From Desulfobacteria bacterium (GTDB taxonomy: Archaea > Halobacteriota > Syntropharchaeia > Alkanophagales > Methanospirareceae): a stretch of DNA of 46,508 bases. Shown here piece by piece: positions 1 through 8,611 of the stretch. Below the pieces are notes generated by a model. The model was not told the DNA's origin, searched no databases, and saw only the letters and a program-made list of their open reading frames with translations. Position numbers and translations under genes: made by a program. Position 1 is the stretch's first letter. Every line of letters begins with the position of its first letter. The stretch is from NCBI GenBank assembly GCA_035528755.1, contig DATKXZ010000009.1, forward strand, positions 1 to 46,508, in the 5' to 3' direction.

Positions 1-160
1 TTGAGTAGAGATGCGGCAGTTATCGGTAAGATCTTAGGATCGGTTACCAATTTGGTATCGAAGGTCAAGAACTTTTTAGGTTTCCATCCAATAGTTAACT
101 TTAAGTGTCACTGCTGATAATGGATTGGTAGACGGCCTCTAATAGAAAGAAACAAATAAA

Positions 161-1588
161 ATGAGCATCACTGATAATAACATGAGTTCTGAATCCCGCA
201 TCAAAACCATCACCAACCCAAAATCATGCTTCTTAGATTTATCATACACATCCGGGAGTTCTCCCAGCAGAATCGAGCGGATATTAACCGATTATTTTAC
301 GGGACGAGGATTTGAGGTGAAGACCGGCAGAATGACTCCGGGTGGTGAACCGAACGATCGTGGTATCCTACAGGTGATTAAATCGTGTAGTTTTGGCATT
401 GTTGTGTATAACGAGTTCAGACACAACATCGGCTACGAATGGGGCCTTATGGAAGCACTCGATATGCCAGTAATACCCTTCAAAGATAAAAACACACATA
501 TAGACTTTGACAAAGATTTTTCTGACAAAAAGGGCATCAATTTCGTGCAGTATTCAGGAGATTCCGATGAAAAGGAGATTATAAAGGAATTGGAGAGCAG
601 TGATAGTTTGAAAGCAGCGCTAGAAAACGTTGAAAGAAGAATAGGTGAGCGAATCAGTCCTGAAAAGACAGAGGAAGTTAAAGAAATATCGAGGTTACTT
701 ATCGAATCAAATATCCCGCTTGGTGGGATCACAGCCGATAAAGAAGGTCGTGTAATTATCGGTGTTGCCAGGGCACTGGAGACGGCATTTTCAGAAGTTA
801 GAAAACTTACGTCAGAAGGTCATTTCTATCGTGCTAATGCCTACTATTACTCTGGAGATTTTGAAAATGCTGAGAAAGAATATAAAAAAGCACTTGAGGT
901 TGAGCCTCATTCTGCAACTACTCATTATAATCTCGGAGTTTTGTTCACCGAATTAAAACGTTTTGAAGAAGCCGAGATGGAATACAGAGAAGTAATTAGG
1001 ATTGATCAAGATTTTTCAATGGCGCATAATAATCTTGGGAGTTTGTTATACAATTTGAAAAGATACGAAGAGGCCGAGATGGCACTCCGTCAAGCTACAA
1101 GAGCTGATCCTGATTACGCATTTGCACACAACAGCCTCGGACTTTTGCTTGTTAAGTTAGGACAAGTTGAAGAAGCAGAAAAAGAATACCGAGAAGCAAT
1201 AAGAATCAACCCCGATTATGCCGAGGCGCATAATAATCTGGGATATTTATTAGACGATTTGAGAAGATACGAAGAGGCCGAGATAGAATACCGAGAAGCA
1301 ATAAGTTTAAAAGATAATTTAGCGGATAGGGGTGCAAAACCCCATAGTAATCTTGCGGTTGTGCTATACCATTTGAAGAGATATGAAGAGGCGGAGGCGG
1401 AATTCCGAGCACTAATAAGAATTACTTCAGATTATGCTGATGCTTACTATAATCTTGGTATTTTATATTCACAAACGGGGAGATTAGGAGAAGCAAAAAA
1501 AGAATTAAAGACTGCTAGGAGACTGTTTGAGGAGCAAGGACGAGCTGAGGATGTGAAGATAGTGGAAAAGTTGCTGAAGTCGCTTTGA
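161..1588 (+). CDS. TIR-like (COG4271-type) N-terminal domain fused to about 7 TPR repeats
   Basis: 475-aa ORF. The N-terminal ~150 aa carry SCSFGIVVYNEFRHNIGYEWGLMEALDMPVIPF, which matches the N-[IV]-x-[FY]-E-x-G core I associate with prokaryotic TIR-like / nucleoside 2-deoxyribosyltransferase-like domains. The C-terminal ~260 aa are consecutive 34-aa TPR units (e.g. AEKEYREAIRINPDYAEAHNNLGYLL). The repeats are visible in DNA as agatacgaagaggccgagat at 1061-1080 and 1265-1284. Confidence 0.7.
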   Translation: MSITDNNMSSESRIKTITNPKSCFLDLSYTSGSSPSRIERILTDYFTGRGFEVKTGRMTPGGEPNDRGILQVIKSCSFGIVVYNEFRHNIGYEWGLMEALDMPVIPFKDKNTHIDFDKDFSDKKGINFVQYSGDSDEKEIIKELESSDSLKAALENVERRIGERISPEKTEEVKEISRLLIESNIPLGGITADKEGRVIIGVARALETAFSEVRKLTSEGHFYRANAYYYSGDFENAEKEYKKALEVEPHSATTHYNLGVLFTELKRFEEAEMEYREVIRIDQDFSMAHNNLGSLLYNLKRYEEAEMALRQATRADPDYAFAHNSLGLLLVKLGQVEEAEKEYREAIRINPDYAEAHNNLGYLLDDLRRYEEAEIEYREAISLKDNLADRGAKPHSNLAVVLYHLKRYEEAEAEFRALIRITSDYADAYYNLGILYSQTGRLGEAKKELKTARRLFEEQGRAEDVKIVEKLLKSL

Positions 1589-1600
1589 TACTTCTAAACT

Positions 1601-1697
1601 GCTATTTCTTCGTCAGCTTCTCGATCGTAATGCTCTTGCCACAGGTGTTGCACTTCACGCGGTACGGTTTTTTTTGAAGATGAGGCGCGATTCTTGC
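1601..1697 (-). pseudogene. Degenerate duplicate of the 3' end of the small gene at 2263..2466
   Basis: About 97 nt align with 2262-2360 at roughly 85% identity by eye, with two 1-nt indels. One indel lies in a T8 run at ~1668-1675. The last 23 codons still read KKPYRVKCNTCGKSITIEKLTKK*, compared with KRPYRVKCNNCGKSITIEKLSKK* in the intact copy. Confidence 0.7.
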
Positions 1698-1841
1698 TTG
1701 TGATATACGTACGCAAGAACTCTCACGTTTTTAAACCAACCTCTGCCACACCGCAGCTTTAACTTAACATTCTTCCGGTTTGATAGTATAAGTATAAACG
1801 AACATACCCAAAAAAGGAAGAATAAAGGGGTGAAGCTGAGC

Positions 1842-2045
1842 ATGTTGCGGCATTTTACCTTGGAATATTGGATCGATGAGGGGTGGTACATCGGGCGACT
1901 CAAAGAAGTTCCCGGCGTATTTAGCCAGGGCGAATCCCTGGCAGCGTTAGAAGAGAATATCCGTGACGCATACCACTTGATGATAGAAGATGAAATTCCG
2001 CATCGGACTATGGTGCAGACAAAAGAGATAGGTATAGTGGTGTGA
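1842..2045 (+). CDS. hicB: HicB-family (UPF0150) antitoxin
   Basis: The ORF track gives 1830..2045 from a GTG. The ATG at 1842 follows a ggggtga SD-like element. The sequence FTLEYWIDEGWYIGRLKEVPGVFSQGESLAALEENIRDAYHLMIED is typical of the HicB N-terminal fold. Confidence 0.8.
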   Translation: MLRHFTLEYWIDEGWYIGRLKEVPGVFSQGESLAALEENIRDAYHLMIEDEIPHRTMVQTKEIGIVV

Positions 2046-2226
2046 ACCGAAACGGCGTGAGCTTGTCAGGGAGTTAGGAGATGGTGGCTGCTATTTGAGC
2101 CGCCATGGTAAAAAGCATGATATCTACGTGAACCCAAAAACCGGGAAGAAAGCCCCTGTACCTCGCCACTCAGAACTAAAGAACAGTCTTTGCGACCTAA
2201 TCAGAAAGCAGCTCGGACTCAAATAA
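2038..2226 (+). pseudogene. hicA: HicA-family toxin reading frame lacking any in-frame ATG/GTG/TTG at its 5' end
   Basis: My own translation of frame 1 after the TAG at 2035-2037 gives WCEPKRRELVRELGDGGCYLSRHGKKHDIYVNPKTGKKAPVPRHSELKNSLCDLIRKQLGLK*. This matches the HicA/YcfA pattern (KxxELxxxL...G.H..Y..P.TGK...VPRH). The first possible start is TTG at 2095, well inside the domain. The frame is +1 relative to hicB, whose stop is at 2043-2045. Confidence 0.6.
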
Positions 2227-2262
2227 CTGATGGAGCATCGTTTCTTATCCGCGCATAAAAAG

Positions 2263-2466
2263 CTATTTCTTTGACAGCTTCTCGATCGTAATGCTCTTAC
2301 CACAGTTATTGCACTTCACGCGGTACGGTCTCTTTTTGAAGAGTACGGCGCGATTCTTGCGCCACATTACTACGGTGCCCGTCTTCTCGCCCTGCTCGTT
2401 CTGCAATTTCCTGCTCGTGATGTATGCAAGCTCATTTATATCCGTTATACCTTCAGGTAGTTTCAT
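2263..2466 (-). CDS. Small hypothetical protein (67 aa) with one CxxC knuckle
   Basis: The ORF overlaps the 3' end of the upstream reductase gene by 14 nt, which suggests co-transcription. A diverged partial duplicate at 1601-1697 keeps the same reading frame, which argues that this is real coding sequence. Confidence 0.55.
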   Translation of the reverse strand: MKLPEGITDINELAYITSRKLQNEQGEKTGTVVMWRKNRAVLFKKRPYRVKCNNCGKSITIEKLSKK

Positions 2467-3295
2467 CTTCTGTTTCTGCTCCTAATAATTTGTCTAGTAG
2501 GCCTACTTCTTCCTCATCAGCTTTCGGCTCCTCTTCTTTGTCATGAAGCACACACCATTTCAGCAACACGCCCTCATCCAGCTTCTCCACACGCAGCAGC
2601 TCCAGCTTCACTGGCGCATCTCGCTCGCCAAATCCCGGCCCGTCCACGAGTGTCGGTGCGGTCTCACCGCCCAGTATCATATTCCCGACGTACGTGTAGA
2701 TCTCGTCAACGAGCTGCTGCGAGAGCAAGGACCAATTAAGCCTTGCACCGCCCTCGACCATCACTCTGCGTACGCCATTCTGCCACAGCACGTAAAGGAG
2801 CTTCTTCAGGTCCACTTCATCCCTGCCGCAGACCAGAACGTCCGCTTTCTCGCCCAGCTTGCCCACGTCCTCCACAATCGCTTGTTGCGAGATCGCAATG
2901 ATCCGTTTGCCCACGCCCTTATCCAGGATATCAGCGTCAACCGGCGTTCGCGCCTTACTGTCCACGACGACACGCAGCGGATTTTCGTCCTTACCCGTGC
3001 TCATCCTTTTCCCTCGGTGCTTCTTCGATTTTACCGTCAACGACGGGTTATCCGCCAGGACGGTGCCGATACCAACCATAATCGCATCGCATTCCGCCTT
3101 CAGCGAATCCACCCGCTCAAGATCTCTCTTGCCGCTTATTCGCGTTTGCGTTCGATCGATCGTGGCTATTTTACCGTCCGCGCTCATTGCTGCGTTGATA
3201 AAGACAAACGGGCGCTCTATTTTCTCATAAACCTCTTCAGCGCCCTCGCCCGGCTCGCTCTTCAAAAAGTCCTCCAGGGTTACGCATTTCTCCAT
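2453..3295 (-). CDS. 2,5-diamino-6-ribosylamino-4(3H)-pyrimidinone 5'-phosphate reductase (RibD C-terminal-domain family, archaeal riboflavin pathway)
   Basis: 280-aa ORF. FVFINAAMSADGKIATIDRTQTRISGKRDLERVDSLKAECDAIMVGIGTVLADNPSLTVKS is the RibD_C / dihydrofolate-reductase-like signature. It has an acidic C-terminal tail. Confidence 0.85.
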   Translation of the reverse strand: MEKCVTLEDFLKSEPGEGAEEVYEKIERPFVFINAAMSADGKIATIDRTQTRISGKRDLERVDSLKAECDAIMVGIGTVLADNPSLTVKSKKHRGKRMSTGKDENPLRVVVDSKARTPVDADILDKGVGKRIIAISQQAIVEDVGKLGEKADVLVCGRDEVDLKKLLYVLWQNGVRRVMVEGGARLNWSLLSQQLVDEIYTYVGNMILGGETAPTLVDGPGFGERDAPVKLELLRVEKLDEGVLLKWCVLHDKEEEPKADEEEVGLLDKLLGAETEDETT

Positions 3296-3353
3296 TTTGC
3301 TACGGGTTTATCTGGACGTGCTATATGATTCCTACCTCCACTTTTATAAACCT

Positions 3354-4418
3354 TCAGTAAATAACCGTATCAAGCGAATCCTCCCTGAGTGCAGCTTTTA
3401 GCTCCCGTGATATCCGCCTGCCGGTGCTCATCGGCTCATCGTAGAGCAGTTGCGAGTACGGCGAGCCGTTAATGTACAGATTGGTACCCGCGACGATGCG
3501 TGCCGAGATCTCGAACGCGATAAATTCCAGATCCTCTTTGCAGATCGTTTCTATGCAGAACGGCCCGGTCAGACCAGGACTGAACAGCTCCTGTGAGGTC
3601 CGGATCACTTGCTGGCCCATTTCCAGTATCCGAGGCAGGAGCGACTCGCGAACGACAACCGGGAGATTGCCCGTGACGACAAATGAAGGCTCCTGCTGGC
3701 GGTCCCGGAGTATATGAGCCATCCGAGCGATGCCATCAATGTTGGATTCGTACCGGATGTCCATACTGAGGAGCTCCAGCCGGTCAGTCAGCGGCGAGTA
3801 GAAATAGTGCGGGTAGAACCGCGTTCCTATTACGAACTCCTGGATGGTGAACCTATCCTTATCCTTCAGTTCCAGTTTCCTGTGCTTCTCCTCAAATTCC
3901 GCTGGATTACTGGCAAGAATGTAGTCTCTCCCGCCTTTAGCGCCCGGGAACTTCACCATTACCAATCGATCGATCTCCGCAGGGTCTTTGAACTCCCGGG
4001 GCAGTTTCAGACCTGCGCGCTCCAGCCATTCCCGCTCCTTATCGCGGTCCGATTCCCAGTCCAGCACCCTTCGGTTACCGAACATGGGCACAAAGAGCTC
4101 GTTCTCTATCCTGACGGGAGAAAGGTACTCGACGAAGGAGCCGTGTGGAATAAGAACGACGTTTCGCGCTATCAGTTCCTCCTGGAATTTTCGCTCCAGG
4201 ATCTGCTGGAAATTCTCGACCGTGAGGAGTTCATCAGCGAGTCCGAACTGCTTATAAACCACTTCAGTGCCGCGTTTACAGATTACCAGGTTCTTGAAGC
4301 CCTCGTCCCGCGCGCCTTTCAGTATCTGGAGTGCGGTATGGCTTCCTATCGTGGCTACCGTTATGTTCTCTTTATCGTAGCTTGCCAGAATCTCCCAGAT
4401 CGCGCGCTGGTCTATCAT
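3354..4418 (-). CDS. purP: 5-formaminoimidazole-4-carboxamide ribonucleotide (FAICAR) synthetase PurP
   Basis: 354 aa. The N-terminus IATIGSHTALQILKGARDEGFKNLVICKRG and the ATP-grasp C-terminal half are typical of archaeal PurP. Confidence 0.9.
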   Translation of the reverse strand: MIDQRAIWEILASYDKENITVATIGSHTALQILKGARDEGFKNLVICKRGTEVVYKQFGLADELLTVENFQQILERKFQEELIARNVVLIPHGSFVEYLSPVRIENELFVPMFGNRRVLDWESDRDKEREWLERAGLKLPREFKDPAEIDRLVMVKFPGAKGGRDYILASNPAEFEEKHRKLELKDKDRFTIQEFVIGTRFYPHYFYSPLTDRLELLSMDIRYESNIDGIARMAHILRDRQQEPSFVVTGNLPVVVRESLLPRILEMGQQVIRTSQELFSPGLTGPFCIETICKEDLEFIAFEISARIVAGTNLYINGSPYSQLLYDEPMSTGRRISRELKAALREDSLDTVIY

Positions 4419-4427
4419 TTATTTAGC

Positions 4428-5564
4428 TCAGGTAACCGTCTCGTCCAACCGGTTCTGTTGAATGGCTTTCTGGAGTTCCATTGCCACTCGCTTACCTACC
4501 GAAAGCGATTCGCCATAGTAGTAGCCGGAATACGGCGTGAACATGGTTCCGGGAGATCCCTGGACTCGCATGGAGATGTCAAAGACGACCGCGGTCTCTT
4601 TCGGAGGCCCCGGCGTGAACGAAGCCTGTAACGCAAAGGGGCCAACGATTCCCGGAGGGTACTCGTCCCGTGCCACGCGTACGAATTTCTCGCCGAGTTC
4701 GAATATCTGCTCTAAAAGTGATTCTTTCACCGTGCAGGCGATGTGTCCGGCTTCGATGGCCTTGATACCCATGTGCTTCAATGCTTCTAACTGCTGCGGT
4801 GCGGGAAGGCGTAGAATCCCGTCCAGATTGGTCTGTCTCCTGGTGTCCGTCCCCAAAAGCTCCAGCCGCTGGTCCAAGAGCGAATAGAAATAATTGAAGT
4901 TGAACTGCGCACCCATCACGAATTCCTCGATTACCGCTCTCTTCAGGCCTGCCTCCGTTATCTTCCCCGCCCGGATCATCTGCTCGGAATTCGTGTAAAA
5001 TTCATCGGGCGAGGATGCGAAGAAGAATGCACGCTCGTACGTACGCTGAGCCTCCGGCGCTTTTACCAGAACCAGGCGGTCTATTTTCTCAGGGCTCTCA
5101 TACGTTCTGGGATAGGGGATCCCGCCCTTCTCCATCAGATAATACTGGTTCCTCGGCGCGTCGCGCTCCTCTGCCCGGAGCATGCTTCTCGAACCTAACA
5201 GCGGCAGCAGGAATTCGTCTTCGATCCGGTCAAAGCCCACGTAGACCTCGAACGATCGGTGCGGGATGAAAATGACGTTATTATCACGCATCTGGCTCTG
5301 CACGCTCTCATCGGTTATGTCCGAGAACTTGTCGAGGATGATGGTCTGATCCACGACGCCGAATGAGTTCTCCGAACGATAGTAGCGGTCATACGTCTTC
5401 TCCCTGCCCTTCTGGCACACCACCAGCGTTCGGAAGCCAAAGTCTTTCGCGCCTCGACATATGTCCAGTGCGGAATGTGATCCAAGGACACCTATAGTCG
5501 CTTTATCAAGTTCATAGCCGTCAAGAACCTCTTTTATCTCGCTTCTCTCAATCATCTTTCCCAC
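4428..5564 (-). CDS. purP: PurP paralog (FAICAR synthetase family)
   Basis: 378 aa. IGVLGSHSALDICRGAKDFGFRTLVVCQKGREKTY parallels the adjacent purP. The two genes form a tandem paralog pair. Confidence 0.88.
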   Translation of the reverse strand: MGKMIERSEIKEVLDGYELDKATIGVLGSHSALDICRGAKDFGFRTLVVCQKGREKTYDRYYRSENSFGVVDQTIILDKFSDITDESVQSQMRDNNVIFIPHRSFEVYVGFDRIEDEFLLPLLGSRSMLRAEERDAPRNQYYLMEKGGIPYPRTYESPEKIDRLVLVKAPEAQRTYERAFFFASSPDEFYTNSEQMIRAGKITEAGLKRAVIEEFVMGAQFNFNYFYSLLDQRLELLGTDTRRQTNLDGILRLPAPQQLEALKHMGIKAIEAGHIACTVKESLLEQIFELGEKFVRVARDEYPPGIVGPFALQASFTPGPPKETAVVFDISMRVQGSPGTMFTPYSGYYYGESLSVGKRVAMELQKAIQQNRLDETVT

Positions 5565-5638
5565 CCTCTGGATGGATATAACTCTTGAATAATATTAATA
5601 GGTATCTAAATCCATCTTTTATCTGACGCGTGAGTGGA

Positions 5639-5722
5639 GCGGGGATAGCCGAGCTGGACAAAGGCGCAGGACTTAAGATCCTGTTCCGCAGGGATACGAG
5701 GGTTCGAATCCCTCTCCCCGCA
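5639..5722 (+). tRNA. tRNA-Leu (anticodon UAA), class II with long variable arm, no encoded CCA
   Basis: Hand-folded. Acceptor stem GCGGGGA/TCCCCGC plus discriminator A. Anticodon stem CAGGA/TCCTG with loop CTTAAGA. Variable arm TTCCGCAGGGATAC. T arm GAGGG-TTCGAAT-CCCTC. Confidence 0.9.
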
Positions 5723-5792
5723 TGGATTATCCATCAAAATGTGTTACAACAAGTGAGTCACAGTAGCCACCATTACTACTCTTACGGATTAT

Positions 5793-6647
5793 TCATTCCG
5801 GAGTGGCAAGCTCTCGCACTTTCTGCAGATTCCCTAAATCATCTCTACTGGCATCAATAGGCGTTTCGAGAATCATCGGTAGTTCTTTGAGCCGTGCATC
5901 GTTCAGAATTACGCGAAAACCATCCTCACCGATGTACCCCAGCCCGATATGCTCGTGCCGATCCAATCGCGAGTCCAGACCGCCCTTGGCATCGTTGAGG
6001 TGAATGAGCTTGAGCTGTTCAAGCCCTAACACTTCGTCAAAGTGCTGCAGCGTTTTGTCCAGATTTTCTTCAGTACGCAACTCGTAACCGGCGGCAAAGG
6101 CATGGCAGGTGTCAAAGCAGATGCCAATCCGGTCCTTATGCTCAAGACGATCCATTATGTTCCTGATAGCCTCAAACGTGCCACCCATGCTGTTCTTCGT
6201 CCCCGCGGTATTCTCAAGCAGCAGCATCACACCGTTAGCTTCATCTATGCCACTAAAAGCCGTGTCGATCGCGTCCACAATCCGCTGCAGCCCTGTTTCT
6301 TTACCGGACCCGCGATGACTGCCGAGGTGCGTGACTAGATAAGGGATCTGCAAAGCGTTGCACCGTTCCAATTCCTCGGTAAGCGTTTCGACTGATTTGG
6401 TATATACGTCATCAGTCGGTGCGGCGAGATTGGGCAGATACGGCATGTGGTCGACCGGCGGGAATAGCCCCGTCCGGTTAAGTTTCTCAATGAATCGTGA
6501 GATGTCAGTCTCGGTCAGCGCCTTGATCTTCCAGCCGCGCGGATTTCGTGAGAAGATCTGGAACGTATCACAGCCTTTTTCCTGTGCTCGATCCACGGCC
6601 TTATCGATCGAGCCCGCAATTGAGACATGAACACCAACGCGAATCAT
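5793..6647 (-). CDS. nfo: Endonuclease IV (AP endonuclease family 2)
   Basis: 284 aa. MIRVGVHVSIAGSIDKAVDRAQEKGCDTFQIFSRNPRGW, LENTAG and HLNDAK are Nfo motifs. Confidence 0.9.
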   Translation of the reverse strand: MIRVGVHVSIAGSIDKAVDRAQEKGCDTFQIFSRNPRGWKIKALTETDISRFIEKLNRTGLFPPVDHMPYLPNLAAPTDDVYTKSVETLTEELERCNALQIPYLVTHLGSHRGSGKETGLQRIVDAIDTAFSGIDEANGVMLLLENTAGTKNSMGGTFEAIRNIMDRLEHKDRIGICFDTCHAFAAGYELRTEENLDKTLQHFDEVLGLEQLKLIHLNDAKGGLDSRLDRHEHIGLGYIGEDGFRVILNDARLKELPMILETPIDASRDDLGNLQKVRELATPE

Positions 6648-6744
6648 TAGCTTTTCACTCGCCTTTCAATGAGATCAAAGGTGTTGATCAAAAAAGGGTT
6701 TGGTTAGATTTCCTGGCTTCTCACGTTGGTTATTCTGACCTTTT

Positions 6745-7059
6745 TCACCCCACGGACTCATCCACCCATTCCAGATACTTATCATACCCCGCAACAATCG
6801 GCAGTGCGATTATTTCCGGCAATTCGTAGCTGTGCACTTCCTTTATCCTTTTGATAATCTTATCCACCCTGCTCTTCTCGGTCTTTATTATCAGCAACGC
6901 CTCGTTATCCTTGCAAACCTCACCCTGCCAGCGGTAATGAGACTGCACCGCCGTGATGTTCACGCACGCCGCCAACCGTTCCTCGACCAGCGTCTCCGCT
7001 ATCTTATCGGATTCGTCCACGCTCGCCGTGCAGAACAGCACGCAAAACTCCTTATTCAT
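6745..7059 (-). CDS. cutA: Divalent-cation tolerance protein CutA
   Basis: 104 aa. The sequence TASVDESDKIAETLVEERLAACVNI...YRWQGEV...E..LIIKT...ELPEIIALPI matches the CutA1 family pattern. Confidence 0.85.
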   Translation of the reverse strand: MNKEFCVLFCTASVDESDKIAETLVEERLAACVNITAVQSHYRWQGEVCKDNEALLIIKTEKSRVDKIIKRIKEVHSYELPEIIALPIVAGYDKYLEWVDESVG

Positions 7060-7062
7060 TAC

Positions 7063-7224
7063 TTACTGGGATTTGGCACTCAGCTCTTCCACGACTTCTC
7101 GCGGCAACTGCTTCGCGATATCTAGCTTCTTCACACAGTGGGTCTTTATCCCTCTCTTCTTGGCCTCGGCGTTTAAATCCTTCGCCTTTATCTTCTTTAC
7201 CAACTCTTCTAATTCCTCGCTCAT
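7063..7224 (-). CDS. Small HeH/Rho_N-like (SAP-like) protein, 53 aa, absent from the ORF track because it is under 60 aa
   Basis: My own translation gives MSEELEELVKKIKAKDLNAEAKKRGIKTHCVKKLDIAKQLPREVVEELSAKSQ*. An alternative start lies two codons upstream at 7230. The helix-extended-helix pattern (L..EAKKRGI......KK.DIA) resembles Rho N-terminal/SAP motifs. Confidence 0.5.
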   Translation of the reverse strand: MSEELEELVKKIKAKDLNAEAKKRGIKTHCVKKLDIAKQLPREVVEELSAKSQ

Positions 7225-7319
7225 GCGCATCACCACCCCCTTTAGTTCTTCTTATACTTATATTATACCAATTCCCAAATAATGTATTAGAGTGTGTAGA
7301 TGCAAAGGGGGTGATTGTG

Positions 7320-7472
7320 ATGTGTAGTGTGGGAGGAGGCGACTTCAACCTTGAGGTTGAAGAGTTAGAAATGGAGCAATATCGGTGCAAAGACTGCGGC
7401 AACAAGTTTAACGGGATGGGCGAGGATGTTGTCTGCCCTGGTTGCCAGTCACCAAACGTTGAGAAATTATAA
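7320..7472 (+). CDS. Small zinc-ribbon protein, 50 aa, absent from the ORF track
   Basis: My own translation gives MCSVGGGDFNLEVEELEMEQYRCKDCGNKFNGMGEDVVCPGCQSPNVEKL*. It has two CxxC knuckles 15 residues apart. An internal ATG (MEQYRC) is an alternative start. Confidence 0.5.
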   Translation: MCSVGGGDFNLEVEELEMEQYRCKDCGNKFNGMGEDVVCPGCQSPNVEKL

Positions 7473-7637
7473 CGTGCACAGTAGGTGCTTCATCGTAACG
7501 GACGCGATTCCGCTGTAGGTATGTATGTAATCAGATAGCTAGCGCTGAGGGTTACTGGTCTGTTATTTATAAATAGCACAGCGGAGCATAAGATTACGTA
7601 AAGTAGCGATAAGGTCCAAGGAGCGGGACGAGCGAAG

Positions 7638-8228
7638 ATGAAAACGGAATTAAATACTCTGTTGGAAGAATTGAAGCACATCCATTCGGATTTTAAACTG
7701 ATCGCCACTGATAAGATCGAGGTAGAAGAGTGGGTGCGGTGGAAATGTCGGTACGGCTGCAAAGCCTATGGCAAGCATCTGAACTGCCCCCCGTATGTTC
7801 CCGCGGTCGAAGAGACGAAGCGAATGATAGAGTGTTATGAGAAGGCGATACTGGCACGATTTGACGCGCACCCGAACCGCGACGTGCCGCCTTCGCACAT
7901 ACATCATTTCCTCTGGGACGCCATAAAAGAGCTGTGTGACACGATGTTCGAATTCGAGCGAAATGCCTTCCTCTCTGGCTATTACAAGGCTTTTGCGCTG
8001 GTCGGTCTTTGCTGTGCCTACTGCGATGACTGCATACCGGAGCGGAAGGATACCGTTTTGGATCAGGCGCCAAAGCGATTCTGTGCGCACCCACAGAAAA
8101 TGAGACCGGGAATGGAGGCCTGCGGCATCGACGTGTTCCAGACGGCCCGGAATGCAGGCTATGAACTGGAAGTGCTCACCTCACCGTATGAAAAGATAAC
8201 CTTCTTCGGCTTGCTCCTGTTAGAATAA
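7638..8228 (+). CDS. DUF2284-type predicted metal-binding protein
   Basis: 196 aa. WKCRYGCKAYGKHLNCPPYVP and a later CCAYCDDC cluster match the DUF2284 cysteine pattern as I recall it. Confidence 0.7.
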   Translation: MKTELNTLLEELKHIHSDFKLIATDKIEVEEWVRWKCRYGCKAYGKHLNCPPYVPAVEETKRMIECYEKAILARFDAHPNRDVPPSHIHHFLWDAIKELCDTMFEFERNAFLSGYYKAFALVGLCCAYCDDCIPERKDTVLDQAPKRFCAHPQKMRPGMEACGIDVFQTARNAGYELEVLTSPYEKITFFGLLLLE

Positions 8229-8325
8229 CCGCAATCGAACCCCGAATCATACCGGTTATCACTATGAGAAATTACGCTTGATTCGTGACTGTTCAGTCGC
8301 CACGTGCGCTGACCGTAGAAAGAGC

Positions 8326-8607
8326 CTACACCACCCGCTTCTCTTTTACCAACCTTTTAGCCTCGCCTTCATCTTCAATCTTCAATATGAACGTTCCATG
8401 ACAGGGCTTCACGTACGGAAATATAACATAATTATCTTTGATCCCTATAAAAATCGGCGGAACGCCAATCAAATAAACATCAAACAGCTTATATCCTGGT
8501 TCCACCTCGTATACGTCTTTGAATTTCCCTCGTATATAGTCCCGCCCCTCTTTGAACGAAGTGCGCGATAATAAGATCTTGTAGTCCAGCAATTCGATAC
8601 AGCCCAT
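8326..8607 (-). CDS. Methanogen-type conserved hypothetical protein (I recall DUF1894)
   Basis: 93-aa ORF immediately downstream of the next gene (4-nt gap), in the ycaO-tfuA gene string. The family name is from memory only. Confidence 0.5.
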   Translation of the reverse strand: MGCIELLDYKILLSRTSFKEGRDYIRGKFKDVYEVEPGYKLFDVYLIGVPPIFIGIKDNYVIFPYVKPCHGTFILKIEDEGEAKRLVKEKRVV

Positions 8608-8611
8608 CGTT

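Noticed and set aside
1-117. A frame open from the window edge (LSRDAAVIGKILGSVTNLVSKVKNFLGFHPIVNFKCHC*) that could be the 3' end of a plus-strand gene.
   Set aside because: Only 38 codons are visible, with no recognisable motif and no way to verify from this window.
1655-1903. An 82-aa minus-strand ORF overlapping hicB in antisense.
   Set aside because: Its C-terminal part is the frameshifted remnant of the duplicated small-gene 3' end. The rest is antisense to a well-supported hicB, and the sequence is low-complexity and hydrophobic.
2543-4631. Long antisense ORFs (2543..3328 +, 3714..4631 +). Similar cases elsewhere are 9534..10049, 12764..13423, 15340..15873, 30509..31168 and 37878..38471.
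   Set aside because: They are shadow ORFs opposite confidently identified GC-rich genes. Their translations are Arg/Ser/Pro-rich with no motifs.
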